Shown piece after piece: positions 18,363 to 27,593 of a DNA stretch of 54,780 nt. The notes beneath the pieces were generated by a model. The model saw only the letters and a list, made by a program, of their open reading frames with translations. It was not told where the DNA came from and did no database searches. The position numbers and the translations under genes were made by a program. The stretch comes from an uncultured bacterium (GTDB lineage Bacteria; SAR324; NAC60-12), in the NCBI GenBank assembly GCA_965662845.1, contig CBFIJD010000014.1, positions 7,776 through 62,555 of the forward strand. Direction: 5' to 3'. Positions within the stretch are counted from its first letter, which is position 1. Each line of letters starts with the position of its first letter.

Positions 18363-19331
18363 TTGCGACTTCAGCACACCTCGAGCAGTGAAAATATTTT
18401 GTCCACATTGCGCAGAATTTGGGACACAAACCCCTACATTTTATTGACGCTGGTGCCGCTCTTCTGGGCAGGCAACGCAGTAATCGCCAGAGGCGTCAAC
18501 TCGTTGATCGCGCCCATTACGTTAGCGTGGTTGCGCTGGCTAGTAGCGTGGTTGTTGTTATTGCCGTTTGCGTGGCCCCATTGGCGGGCAGATTGGGAGC
18601 GCGTCCGTGCGTCATGGCGGATGTTGCTCTTGCTCTCTGTTTTAGGGATTAGCGCATTCAACACGCTGCTGTATGTCGCGCTGCAGACGACCCAAGCGAT
18701 CAATGCGTCGCTGTTGCTGACGGCGGGCCCGGCGGTCATCGTTGTGTTTTCGAGCTGGTGGTTTCACGAGCGCGCCCAGGTAGGGCAGTGGGGGAGCTTG
18801 TTGCTGTGCTTTGTGGGGGTTGCCTTTGTGCTGTTCCGCGGCAGCTGGGAGACCGTCGCACAGTTTGAGATGGTGCAAGGGGATTTGTGGTTGGTGGTCG
18901 CCATCTTGTGCTACGCCGCTTACTCTGCGCTGTTGCGCTTGAAACCCGACCTGCATCCACTCACGTTCCTCAACGTCACGTTTGCCCTAGGAGGCGGTTT
19001 GCTGACGCCGCTGATGTTGGGAGAGTGGGTGGAAACCGGACTGCCCGCGTGGAGCTGGGAAGCCGGATTCGCCGTGGTCTACGTCGCCATCTTTCCGTCG
19101 ATTTTCGCGTTTTTATTTTGGAATCGGGGCATTGAACTCATCGGAGCCAGTCAGGCGGGTTTGTTCATCAATTTGATCCCCGTGTTTGCGGCTCTGCTCG
19201 CCGTCTTCTTTTTGGGAGAGTCGTTTGCGTGGTTTCATGGGGTGGGGATGAGTTTGATTATTGGGGGTATGTGGCTGTTTCGACGGCAAGGGCGCGCTGA
19301 GGCTCCCGCTCTCCAGCAACAGGAGGGCTGA
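18363..19331 (+). CDS. DMT/EamA family transporter
   Basis: LFWAGNAVIAR, PITLAWLRW, FNTLLYVALQTT, GDLW, WNRGIELIG, FINLIPVF; start uncertain. Confidence 0.9.
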   Translation: MRLQHTSSSENILSTLRRIWDTNPYILLTLVPLFWAGNAVIARGVNSLIAPITLAWLRWLVAWLLLLPFAWPHWRADWERVRASWRMLLLLSVLGISAFNTLLYVALQTTQAINASLLLTAGPAVIVVFSSWWFHERAQVGQWGSLLLCFVGVAFVLFRGSWETVAQFEMVQGDLWLVVAILCYAAYSALLRLKPDLHPLTFLNVTFALGGGLLTPLMLGEWVETGLPAWSWEAGFAVVYVAIFPSIFAFLFWNRGIELIGASQAGLFINLIPVFAALLAVFFLGESFAWFHGVGMSLIIGGMWLFRRQGRAEAPALQQQEG

Positions 19332-20090
19332 GTGGCGGAGTGGGCGTGGTGGAGCTATCCGCTGTTGTTGGGCGTGGGGACGCTGGTCGGGTTCATCAAC
19401 GTGATGGCCGGAGGGGGCTCCGCGCTGAGTTTGCCGGCCTTGTTGTTTTTAGGGGTCGATGGTGCGACTGCGAACGGAACCAACCGCGTGGCGTTGTTGA
19501 TTGAATCCGTCGCGGGCGTGCGGGGCTACCACGACCAGCAGCAGTCCGCCTTTCGCGAGAGCCTCCAGCTGGGGCTGTTGACCTTACCAGGCGCGATCTT
19601 GGGCGCGTTGCTGGCCGTTCGTTTGGACAACGAAACCTTCAAACTGCTGCTCTCGGTTGTGATGATCGGGGTCGTGATCTCCATGCTGATTCCGTTGCAC
19701 AAACCCGATCCAGACGCCGCGGTGAGCCCTCAACGAAAACGCTGGGGACAGGTGGGCATGTTCGCGATTGGCTTCTATGGAGGTTTCATTCAGGTTGGTG
19801 TGGGCTTCTTGTTGATGGCCGTTTTGTTCCATGGGTTCCGTGAGACCTTGGTGCGCGTCAATATGCACAAGGTCTTTGTGGTGATGATCTATACAGTCCC
19901 TGCGCTGCTGGTGTTCATCTGGAACGACCACGTGGACTGGGGACTCGGCATCGCTCTGGGGCTGGGCAATGCGGCGGGCGCGTATCTCGCCGCGCACCTC
20001 TCGGTTCGCCAAGGTGAGGACATTGTCCGCAAAGTCATGCTCTGCGCCATCACAGGCATCGCTCTGAAGATGTTGTGGGATTTGATTTGA
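19332..20090 (+). CDS. TSUP (TauE/SafE) family transporter
   Basis: GFINVMAGGGSALSLP, ANGTNRV, IGFYGGFIQVGVG. Confidence 0.9.
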   Translation: MAEWAWWSYPLLLGVGTLVGFINVMAGGGSALSLPALLFLGVDGATANGTNRVALLIESVAGVRGYHDQQQSAFRESLQLGLLTLPGAILGALLAVRLDNETFKLLLSVVMIGVVISMLIPLHKPDPDAAVSPQRKRWGQVGMFAIGFYGGFIQVGVGFLLMAVLFHGFRETLVRVNMHKVFVVMIYTVPALLVFIWNDHVDWGLGIALGLGNAAGAYLAAHLSVRQGEDIVRKVMLCAITGIALKMLWDLI

Positions 20091-20127
20091 GGGGACGGAC
20101 GCCAAGGCCCGTGGAATGAACTGCCGC

Positions 20128-20991
20128 TTATGTAAACACGATCGTCTTGTTGCCGTGGACCAGCACGCGGTCTTCGAGGTGCCACAAGACGGCGCGCGAC
20201 AGAACCGCGCGTTCGATGTCTTGTCCTAGCGCTTGAAGCTGTTTGGGGGAGTAATCGTGCGCAACTCGGACTACGTCTTGCTCGATGATCGGCCCCTCAT
20301 CGAGATCAGAGGTTGCGTAGTGAGCGGTCGCGCCGATGAGTTTGACACCGCGCTCGTACGCTTGTCGGTAGGGATTGGCGCCGACGAAGGCGGGGAGGAA
20401 GGAGTGATGGATGTTGATGATTTTGCTGGGGTAGTGACGCACAAAGTTGTTGGAGAGAACCTGCATGTAACGAGCGAGGACTACTAGGTCGATCTTGCCT
20501 GCCATCAGCGCGAGGAGCTTTTCCTCGGCCGCTTGCTTGGTTTCGGGCGTGACCGCTACGGTATGGTACGACACCCCGAAGTTCTCCGTCTCCTTCTGCA
20601 AATTCGGGTGATTGCTGATGACCATCTCAATGTGGGCCGGCAGCATTCCTCGCGAGTGTTTCCAGAGCAAGTCTAGCAGTACATGGTCGTACTTGGAGAC
20701 CAAGATCGCCACGCGCTTCTTCTCGGATGCAGGATTGAGAATCCACTCCATGCCATACGTCCGCGCCACCGAGTCTGCGAAGCTGCGTCGCAGAACAGGT
20801 AGGGTCTCGGAAAGAGCGGCGACAGTGAACTCCACGCGCATGAACAGACGCCCTCCTTCGGGGTCTGTGGAATGCTGATCGAGCGCGAGGATGTTGCCGC
20901 CGTGGTTGTACACAAAGGTCGAGACCGCGGAGACGATACCAGGCCGGTCAGGACAGGAGATGAGTAAGCGGACGGTGTTTTCGAGTTGCAT
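20128..20991 (-). CDS. purU: Formyltetrahydrofolate deformylase
   Basis: ACT domain CPDRPGIV; LARYMQVLS; INIHHSFLPAFVGANPYRQAYERGVKLIGATAHY; LDEGPIIEQDV. Confidence 0.97.
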   Translation of the reverse strand: MQLENTVRLLISCPDRPGIVSAVSTFVYNHGGNILALDQHSTDPEGGRLFMRVEFTVAALSETLPVLRRSFADSVARTYGMEWILNPASEKKRVAILVSKYDHVLLDLLWKHSRGMLPAHIEMVISNHPNLQKETENFGVSYHTVAVTPETKQAAEEKLLALMAGKIDLVVLARYMQVLSNNFVRHYPSKIINIHHSFLPAFVGANPYRQAYERGVKLIGATAHYATSDLDEGPIIEQDVVRVAHDYSPKQLQALGQDIERAVLSRAVLWHLEDRVLVHGNKTIVFT

Positions 20992-21045
20992 GGCAGTGTG
21001 CTTCAGAAGATCAGGTTGAGTCCTCGAACGGGGTTTGTCGCGAAG

Positions 21046-21858
21046 CTATCCGTTTTGGTCTTCGAGCTGTTTTAGCCGGGCCAACAGCCGCGCGTTCTCG
21101 GCTTCGACTTCAGCGGCGTGGCGCAGAGCCGCTTCTGCTCTTTGTGCCTCGGTTTCCGCTCTTTGTGCTTCGGTTTCCGCCCGTTGAGTTTCAGCGTCCG
21201 CTCTTTGTGCCTCGGCTTCGGCCCGTTGGGTTTCAGCGTCCGCTCTTTGTGCTTCGGTTTCCGCCCGTTGGGTTTCAGCGTCCGCTCTTTGTGCTTCGGT
21301 TTCCGCGCGTTCTCGGCGCGTGAGGATGGGTTGCCCCTCTCGCACCAATCGGACACCGACGGCCTCGTCAAACTGTAAGCTGATGCCCAAATCGGGCAGC
21401 TCCCAACGCAGGGCGTTCTCAGCTTCGACGGCGGCGTAGAGGCCGTCTCTCAAAGCAAAGACATTCAAATAGGCGGCGTGCGGATCGTAGATGACGTAGT
21501 AGGGCACGCGCAGCACGTCTTGGTAGATCTGCTTCTTTTTGCGATGATCTTCGCGTTTGGTGCTCCACGAGCTGAACTCGACGACGAGGTCGAGCTGGGC
21601 GTTCTCTTCCCACGCGAGGTAGACGCGCTTGGTTTGGGGGGCTTGAGCGCGGCAGAGCAGGCCGTCGGGAGAGATCATCTTCTTGGGATTTCCCTTTTCG
21701 TAGTACAAACAGATGTTTCCAGAGACGTAGCTCTTGGGGAACGCGTTCTGGAGCTGGTCGATCATGTCGATCATCAAGTCACGGTGTTCATCGGTCTCCG
21801 CCATGGGTTTTCCATCGGTCTCAGGGTAGCGAACAGCCGGCATTTCAGCGGCTTGCAT
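21046..21858 (-). CDS. Uma2 (DUF820) PD-(D/E)xK nuclease-fold protein with C-terminal heptad repeats
   Basis: YPETDGKPMAET..H, ISPDG, DLVVEFSSWSTKRED, YQDVLRVPYYVIYDP; ATG 21858 after GAGG. Confidence 0.88.
   Translation of the reverse strand: MQAAEMPAVRYPETDGKPMAETDEHRDLMIDMIDQLQNAFPKSYVSGNICLYYEKGNPKKMISPDGLLCRAQAPQTKRVYLAWEENAQLDLVVEFSSWSTKREDHRKKKQIYQDVLRVPYYVIYDPHAAYLNVFALRDGLYAAVEAENALRWELPDLGISLQFDEAVGVRLVREGQPILTRRERAETEAQRADAETQRAETEAQRADAETQRAEAEAQRADAETQRAETEAQRAETEAQRAEAALRHAAEVEAENARLLARLKQLEDQNG
21141..21309. repeat. Eight 21-bp tandem units (RAETEAQ/RADAETQ heptads)
   Basis: Alternating in-frame units within the Uma2 gene. Confidence 0.92.
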
Positions 21859-21981
21859 GGGCACCTCTTCGATTGAGAGATTCATTCGTTTGGGCGATGG
21901 GGGCGTTTGCCGCATCGCGCTGGGGGGCGAGTTGAGATCATTCCATGATTGACAGAAGTGTCAACGAGAGAGCTTGATCGC

Positions 21982-22986
21982 TCAGGCGGGCGAGACTTTC
22001 GCGGGCTGTCCGGTGCGCAGAGACTCTTTGGCGGCGAGCGCGATGAGAACCGGAGCCAAGCCGTCGTTGCCGCTGACCGGAGGGGGCGTGTCGTGGCGGA
22101 TGGCGTGCACGAAAGCCTGCAATTCCGCGGGGAACGCCGCTTGGTAGCGCTCCAAGAAGAAAAACAGCGGCTTGTCCAGCGTGACCCGGTCGGCTGTGCT
22201 CAGCTTCATTTGTGTCGGCGTGTGATTCTCGGCTTGCACAGCGCCCAAGCTGCCCAGCACTTCCACACGTTGGTCGTAGCCGTACACCGCTTGGCGACTG
22301 TTCTCGATGACGCCCAGCGCGCCATTGGCGAACTTCAGGTTAATCACGGCGGTGTCGATGTCTCCAGCCTCGCCAATCGCGGGGTCCACAAGGACGGCTC
22401 CATGAGCGAAGACGTCTGTGACCTCGCTGCCGCTGAGGAAGCGCGCCATGTCAAAGTCGTGGATGGTCATATCCAAGAACAGACCGCCCGACGACTTGAG
22501 GTAATCCAGCGGTGGCGGCCCCGGGTCGCGGGACGTGATGCGAATGAGGTGCGGATCGCCAATCTTCCCAGCGGCGACCTGCGCCTGCACCGCCGCAAAG
22601 CTGGGGTCAAAGCGCCGATTGAAGCCCACCTGCAGCTTCACGCCTGCCTGCTCGACTTCCGCCAGCGCATCTCGAATCACGGCAGGCTCCAGCGCGATTG
22701 GCTTCTCGCAGAAGATGTGCTTCCCCGCGCGGGCGCACTCGATCATCTGGGGCGCGTGTTGTGGGGACGGCGACCCGATCAAGATCGCGTCAATTTCTGG
22801 GTCTTCCAGCAGGCCTCTGTGGTCTTTGGCTGTGACGGGGATGCCCTTCGATGCCGCCCACGCTTCATCTAAGTTAGGGTCAGCGATCGCTTTGAGCCTT
22901 GCGCCTTCCACGCGGGTGAGCAGGTTTTCGGCGTGAAGTTTGCCGATGCGCCCCGCGCCGATGACGCCAAACGTGACAGGCTTCAT
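21982..22986 (-). CDS. iolG: myo-Inositol 2-dehydrogenase
   Basis: GAGRIG, FCEKP, GFNRRFDP, ITSRDP, SGGLFLDMTIHDFDMARF, YGYDQRVEV, FFLERY. Confidence 0.92.
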   Translation of the reverse strand: MKPVTFGVIGAGRIGKLHAENLLTRVEGARLKAIADPNLDEAWAASKGIPVTAKDHRGLLEDPEIDAILIGSPSPQHAPQMIECARAGKHIFCEKPIALEPAVIRDALAEVEQAGVKLQVGFNRRFDPSFAAVQAQVAAGKIGDPHLIRITSRDPGPPPLDYLKSSGGLFLDMTIHDFDMARFLSGSEVTDVFAHGAVLVDPAIGEAGDIDTAVINLKFANGALGVIENSRQAVYGYDQRVEVLGSLGAVQAENHTPTQMKLSTADRVTLDKPLFFFLERYQAAFPAELQAFVHAIRHDTPPPVSGNDGLAPVLIALAAKESLRTGQPAKVSPA

Positions 22987-23020
22987 AGTCTTGTTCTCAA
23001 TGAAAGGTTGACAAAACGCT

Positions 23021-24127
23021 TCAGCCGATCTCGGTGAGGCGCACCCGGCGTTCTTCGCGATGGCTCAGCAGCCCCGCGTCCAACACACGCTGGATTTCGG
23101 TTCCAGCCGCAAAGTCTGGGGCAATGGGTTGGTGGCGCTGCACGCCCCGCACAAATTCGCCGATCATGTGTCCTTCTTGGCGAAAGACGTCGCGATAGGT
23201 GTTGTGCACGGTGTCTCGCCGTGCGTTCCCCCAAATGTGATCTGGAATCGGCAACGTGCGCAGGGCGCCTTCTCCTGCGCGGGCGCCGCGCACTTCTTGG
23301 ACTGTGTCCCAGTCCGTATAAGTCGCGAGCGTGCCGCCAGAGCCGTGAAACTCCATGTGATGCGTTTGCCCGAACGGTGTGTCTTCGTAAGCCACAGACG
23401 AGACGTGGAGGCTGCCTTGGGCGCCGTTCGTGAACTCCATCAGCAGCATCGCGGTGTCTTCCGTGACCGCAAAGGGCTCGCCGTCCGGCGTGGTGTTGGG
23501 GCGCTCAATGGGAAAGCCGAGCCGACAGGTGACCGCTGCCACCGGACCGAACATCAGCGACGCGACATAGATGAAGTGTGAGCCGATGTCGCCGAACGCC
23601 CCCGAGCCGGCTTCTGCAGCGTTGTGGCGCCACATGTACTCCCTGCTGCGGTTATATCCGGTGTAGTAGCGCAGGTTGCAGTGATAGGGTTGGCCGATGA
23701 ATCCATCGTCGATCAGCTCCTTGAGGTAGCGGGTCGTCGGCATGAACCCGTAGGTGAACGGCGTCAACGTGATGCGCCCTCGCGCTGTGGCAAGCTGCGT
23801 CATGTGCGCGGCTTCGGCGTAGTTCAGCCCCAGCGGCTTCTCACAGAGCACGTGCAGGTCTCTCTCCAGCGCGGCTACGGTGAACGGCGCGTGTGTTTTG
23901 TTGTTCGTCGCGACAATCACCGCGTCGAGTTCGGCTCGTTCCAGCATCTGCTGGTAGTCTGTGTATGCCTGTGGAATCGCCCAACTGTGGGCAAACTGCT
24001 GAGTGCGCTCGGGGTTGCGTCCACACACCGCGACGACTTCTGCTTCGGGAGTCCCTTTGAGCGCAGGGAGATACATCGCGTCTGACCACCAGCTCGTCCC
24101 CGCGATGCCAATGCGAACGTTCTTCAT
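23021..24127 (-). CDS. Gfo/Idh/MocA family oxidoreductase
   Basis: HVLCEKPLG, GSGAFGDIGSH. Confidence 0.9.
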   Translation of the reverse strand: MKNVRIGIAGTSWWSDAMYLPALKGTPEAEVVAVCGRNPERTQQFAHSWAIPQAYTDYQQMLERAELDAVIVATNNKTHAPFTVAALERDLHVLCEKPLGLNYAEAAHMTQLATARGRITLTPFTYGFMPTTRYLKELIDDGFIGQPYHCNLRYYTGYNRSREYMWRHNAAEAGSGAFGDIGSHFIYVASLMFGPVAAVTCRLGFPIERPNTTPDGEPFAVTEDTAMLLMEFTNGAQGSLHVSSVAYEDTPFGQTHHMEFHGSGGTLATYTDWDTVQEVRGARAGEGALRTLPIPDHIWGNARRDTVHNTYRDVFRQEGHMIGEFVRGVQRHQPIAPDFAAGTEIQRVLDAGLLSHREERRVRLTEIG

Positions 24128-24157
24128 GAAACCTCCTGAGGTGGTGCGGTGGCGGCT

Positions 24158-25600
24158 CTACTCAGCCATCACCATGTTGATGTATTTGGGCTGCAGATAA
24201 TCCTGAATGCCCTGAGCGCCTCCTTCCCGTCCGTAGCCGCTCTGTTTGACGCCCCCATACGGAGTCTCCGCCGAAGCCAGCGCGAAGGTGTTGACCGCGA
24301 CCATCCCGGCTTCCAGAGCGTCTGCGGTCGCATGCGCAAGGCGCTGTGATCGGGTGAACAGATAGCTCGTGAGCCCAAACTCACAGCGGTTAGCCCGCCG
24401 GATCACGTCCTCCCAGTCTCGAAAACTCGCCACGGGCACCAGCGGCCCGAAGGGCTCTTCCTGCATGATTGGCGCTTCGTCGGGCACCTGATCGAAGACG
24501 GTGGGTTCATAGAAGAACCCTCTCGCAAAGCCGGCGGGGCGCCTCCCTCCCAGCCGTAGCCGCGCTCCCGAAGCGAGTGTCCGCTCGACAAGGGACTCAA
24601 CCTCTGCGCGGCGCTTCGCGGTCGCCAAGGGGCCAATGTCTACCTGTGCTTCTCGTCCGTCACCCAGCCGAAATGACTTTGTGACCTCTATGAACCTCTC
24701 TGTGAAGGCCTCTACTTGGCTCTCGTGGATGTAATAGCGCGATGGCGACGCACAGACTTGTCCGCAGTGCTTGAACTTCACAAGGGCGGCTTGCTCAGCG
24801 ATAGCGACCGCGTCGGCATCTTCAAACACGATCACGGGTGCGTGGCCACCCAACTCCAGCGAGGTGCGCTTGAGCGTCTGAGCGGATTCTCGCAGCAGCA
24901 GCTTCCCGACGTTCGTGGAGCCGGTCAGCGTGACCTTGCGCACACGCGGATCCTGCATCAGCGTCGGGGAGATGTCTTGCGGTCGCCCTGTCAGCAGGTT
25001 GACGGCTCCGGCGGGCAGTCCGGCTTCGTGCAGACACTGAAAGAGCACGTATGTCGCCCCCGGAGCTTCCTCCGCTGGGCGCAAGATGATGGAACATCCC
25101 GCCGCCAGAGCCGGGGCGATCTTGCGGGCAGAGAGAATCACAGGGAAATTCCACGCGGTGAACGCCGCGACGACCCCCACGGGTTCGTGCTGAATCGTCA
25201 CCTGCGCGTGAGGTTGACGGCTCTCGTACACTTGCCCGTAGATGCGGCGTGTCTCTTCGGCGTACCACTCAAACTGCTCCACCGACATCTGCACCTCGCC
25301 CTGCGATTGCGCAAGCGGCTTTCCCAGCTCCAGCGTCAGCCAGCGCGCCAGCTCGTCTCTGTGTTCCTGCAACTTCGCGGCGATGTTTCGCAGCACGCGG
25401 GCGCGCTCCAGCGCAGGGACTTGGCGCCAAGCGGCGAATCCTTCCACGGCAGAGGCGATGGCTTGGGCGGTATCCTGGGCGTTGGCGGCGGGGGCTTTGC
25501 CCAACTCTTCTTCGGTGACAGGGCTAATGATCGAGAGGCTGTGCCCCTCTCCGGCGGGCTGCCAGCCGCCGCTCCAATACAGTCCGAATGATTCGTACAT
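24158..25600 (-). CDS. NAD(P)-dependent aldehyde dehydrogenase (SSADH / alpha-ketoglutaric semialdehyde dehydrogenase-like)
   Basis: EPVGVVAAFTAWNFP, LTGST, LELGGHAP, GQVC, EEPFGP, PYGGVKQSGYGREGG. Confidence 0.88.
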   Translation of the reverse strand: MYESFGLYWSGGWQPAGEGHSLSIISPVTEEELGKAPAANAQDTAQAIASAVEGFAAWRQVPALERARVLRNIAAKLQEHRDELARWLTLELGKPLAQSQGEVQMSVEQFEWYAEETRRIYGQVYESRQPHAQVTIQHEPVGVVAAFTAWNFPVILSARKIAPALAAGCSIILRPAEEAPGATYVLFQCLHEAGLPAGAVNLLTGRPQDISPTLMQDPRVRKVTLTGSTNVGKLLLRESAQTLKRTSLELGGHAPVIVFEDADAVAIAEQAALVKFKHCGQVCASPSRYYIHESQVEAFTERFIEVTKSFRLGDGREAQVDIGPLATAKRRAEVESLVERTLASGARLRLGGRRPAGFARGFFYEPTVFDQVPDEAPIMQEEPFGPLVPVASFRDWEDVIRRANRCEFGLTSYLFTRSQRLAHATADALEAGMVAVNTFALASAETPYGGVKQSGYGREGGAQGIQDYLQPKYINMVMAE

Positions 25601-25609
25601 GCTGCTCCT

Positions 25610-27340
25610 TCAGAAAATGTCAGGTTCAGGAAGCTCGCCGGGCGTGCCCAGCAAGAAGGCGAAGTCACAACCTGCGTCTGCTTGGGTCACATGCTGGCAG
25701 TAGAGCGCGGCGTAGCCCCGATGATGACGCGACGAAGGAGCTTTCCACGTTTGGCGACGACGCTCCAGCTCGTTGTGTTCGACGAGCAGGTCAAGGCGCC
25801 GCGCGCTCACGTCCATCTCGATGAGGTCACCGTCCTGAACCAAGCCCAGCGGTCCCCCAACAGCCGCTTCGGGTGCGACGTGCAGCACGCACGCGCCGTA
25901 GCTTGTGCCGCTCATCCGAGCGTCAGAGATCCGCACCATGTCTCGCACGCCTTGGGCGAGCAGCTTCTTGGGGATGGGCAGCTGCCCCCACTCCGGCATG
26001 CCCGGCGCTCCAACGGGGCCCGCGTTCTGTAGCACCAAGACGGAGTCGGCGGAGACGGCTAACGCTTCATCGTCAATACGAGCTTTGAGGTCACGGAAGT
26101 CTTTGAAGACCACGGCGGGGCCGCGATGTGTGTGCAGGCGCTCTTCAATCGCCGAGGGTTTGATCACCGCGCCGCTGGGAGCGAGCGAGCCGCGCAACAC
26201 GACGGTTCCTCCAGCGGCCTTGACCGGGTTGTTTAGCGGCCGGATCACATCGGGTTGAAAGACCTCCGCGCCTGCTAGGTTCTCGCCAACGGTTTTGCCG
26301 TTCACTGTGGCTAGGTTTAAGTGCAGGCGGCCAGAGAGCTGCTGCATCAGCGCCCGCAAGCCCCCCGCGTAGTAGAAATCTTCCATAACGTATTGCCCGG
26401 AGGGCTTGACGTTCGCCAGCAGAGGGATGCCTCGCGAGATGTGGTCGAAGCGCTCCAAGTCCAGCGGGATGTTGTTGCGTCGTGCCATCGCGATGAGGTG
26501 GATGATCCCGTTGGTCGAACCGCCAATGGCCATCTGCACGATGATCGCGTTTTCAAAGGCTTGCTCGGTCATGAGCGTTGAAGGGCGGAGGTCTTCCCAG
26601 ACCAACTCCACGGCGCGGCGCCCGCTCAGGGAAGCTATGCGGTTGTGGTGGGCATCGACCGCTGGAATCGACGAAGCCCCAGGCAAGCACATGCCCAACG
26701 CTTCGGCGAGGGACATCATCGTGGCGGCGGTCCCCATCGTCATGCAAGTGCCCGGAGAGCGCGCGATCCCGTCTTCAAGCTCTTCCCAACTCTGGTCGTC
26801 CAGCTCGCCCGCGCGCCGTTGATCCCAGTACTTCCAGACGTCGGTGCCGCTGCCCAAGGTCTCGCCACGCCAGTGTCCGCGGATCATCGCGCCGCCAGGC
26901 ACATAGATGCAGGGCAGGTTCATGCTCAACGCGCCCATCAGCACCCCAGGGGTGGTCTTGTCGCAGCCGCCCAGCAACACCGCGCCGTCAATTGGATAGC
27001 CGCGCAAGAGCTCCTCGACCTCCATCGCCAGCAGATTGCGGTACATCATCGCGGTGGGCTTGAGGAGCTGCTCACCCAACGACATGACGGGCAGCTCGAC
27101 GGGAAATCCTCCCGCCTGATACACCCCCCGCTTGATGTCCGCTACTCGCTGCGGGAAGTGCGTGTGGCAAGTGTTCATCTCGTTCCATGGGTTGATGATG
27201 CCAATCACCGGTTTGCCGACGAATTCATCGCGGTGAAAGCCCATCTGCTTGGTGCGAGAGCGATGGCCGAAGGAGCGCAGGTCGTCAGGCGCATACCAGC
27301 GAGCACTGCGCAGCGTCTCTGGGGTGGGTGGGTTAGACAT
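25610..27340 (-). CDS. L-arabinonate dehydratase-like sugar-acid dehydratase (IlvD/Edd family)
   Basis: LRSARWY...RSFGHRSR, CHTHF, GGCDKTTPG, GSGTDVWKYW, GTCMTMGTA, PGMPEWGQLP, ISDARMSGTSYG, C-terminal EPDIF; ATG 27340 after GAGG. Confidence 0.88.
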   Translation of the reverse strand: MSNPPTPETLRSARWYAPDDLRSFGHRSRTKQMGFHRDEFVGKPVIGIINPWNEMNTCHTHFPQRVADIKRGVYQAGGFPVELPVMSLGEQLLKPTAMMYRNLLAMEVEELLRGYPIDGAVLLGGCDKTTPGVLMGALSMNLPCIYVPGGAMIRGHWRGETLGSGTDVWKYWDQRRAGELDDQSWEELEDGIARSPGTCMTMGTAATMMSLAEALGMCLPGASSIPAVDAHHNRIASLSGRRAVELVWEDLRPSTLMTEQAFENAIIVQMAIGGSTNGIIHLIAMARRNNIPLDLERFDHISRGIPLLANVKPSGQYVMEDFYYAGGLRALMQQLSGRLHLNLATVNGKTVGENLAGAEVFQPDVIRPLNNPVKAAGGTVVLRGSLAPSGAVIKPSAIEERLHTHRGPAVVFKDFRDLKARIDDEALAVSADSVLVLQNAGPVGAPGMPEWGQLPIPKKLLAQGVRDMVRISDARMSGTSYGACVLHVAPEAAVGGPLGLVQDGDLIEMDVSARRLDLLVEHNELERRRQTWKAPSSRHHRGYAALYCQHVTQADAGCDFAFLLGTPGELPEPDIF

Positions 27341-27392
27341 GGGGAACCTCCTCTCCAAAAAAGGTGAAGTATTTTGTCGAAAGAAATCTTTG

Positions 27393-27453
27393 TTGACATC
27401 CACCATCGCGGTGAAATAATTCTATTTCAACTATTTTTGGAAAAATATTTTCA
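27393..27453. promoter_or_regulatory. Divergent iol promoter with palindromic operator(s)
   Basis: TTGACA at 27393; perfect palindrome TGAAATA-attc-TATTTCA (27412-27429) over the -10 region; related TGGAAAAATATTTTCA at 27438-27453. Confidence 0.6.
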
Positions 27454-27593
27454 ATTTCTCGATTTGGCGATTCCCGATTCAGACAATCTCGCTCCTCCCT
27501 CCTCCCTGAGTTGTCTGGTGAAGAGTCGCCTCCCGCATTCTGGCTCTGGAACCTGTGCGTTCCGAGAACAACTCGCAGCCCTTCGGAACTGTT

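Noticed and set aside
21141..21309. Regular repeats as a possible CRISPR array
   Set aside because: Tandem in-frame coding units without unique spacers; no cas genes.
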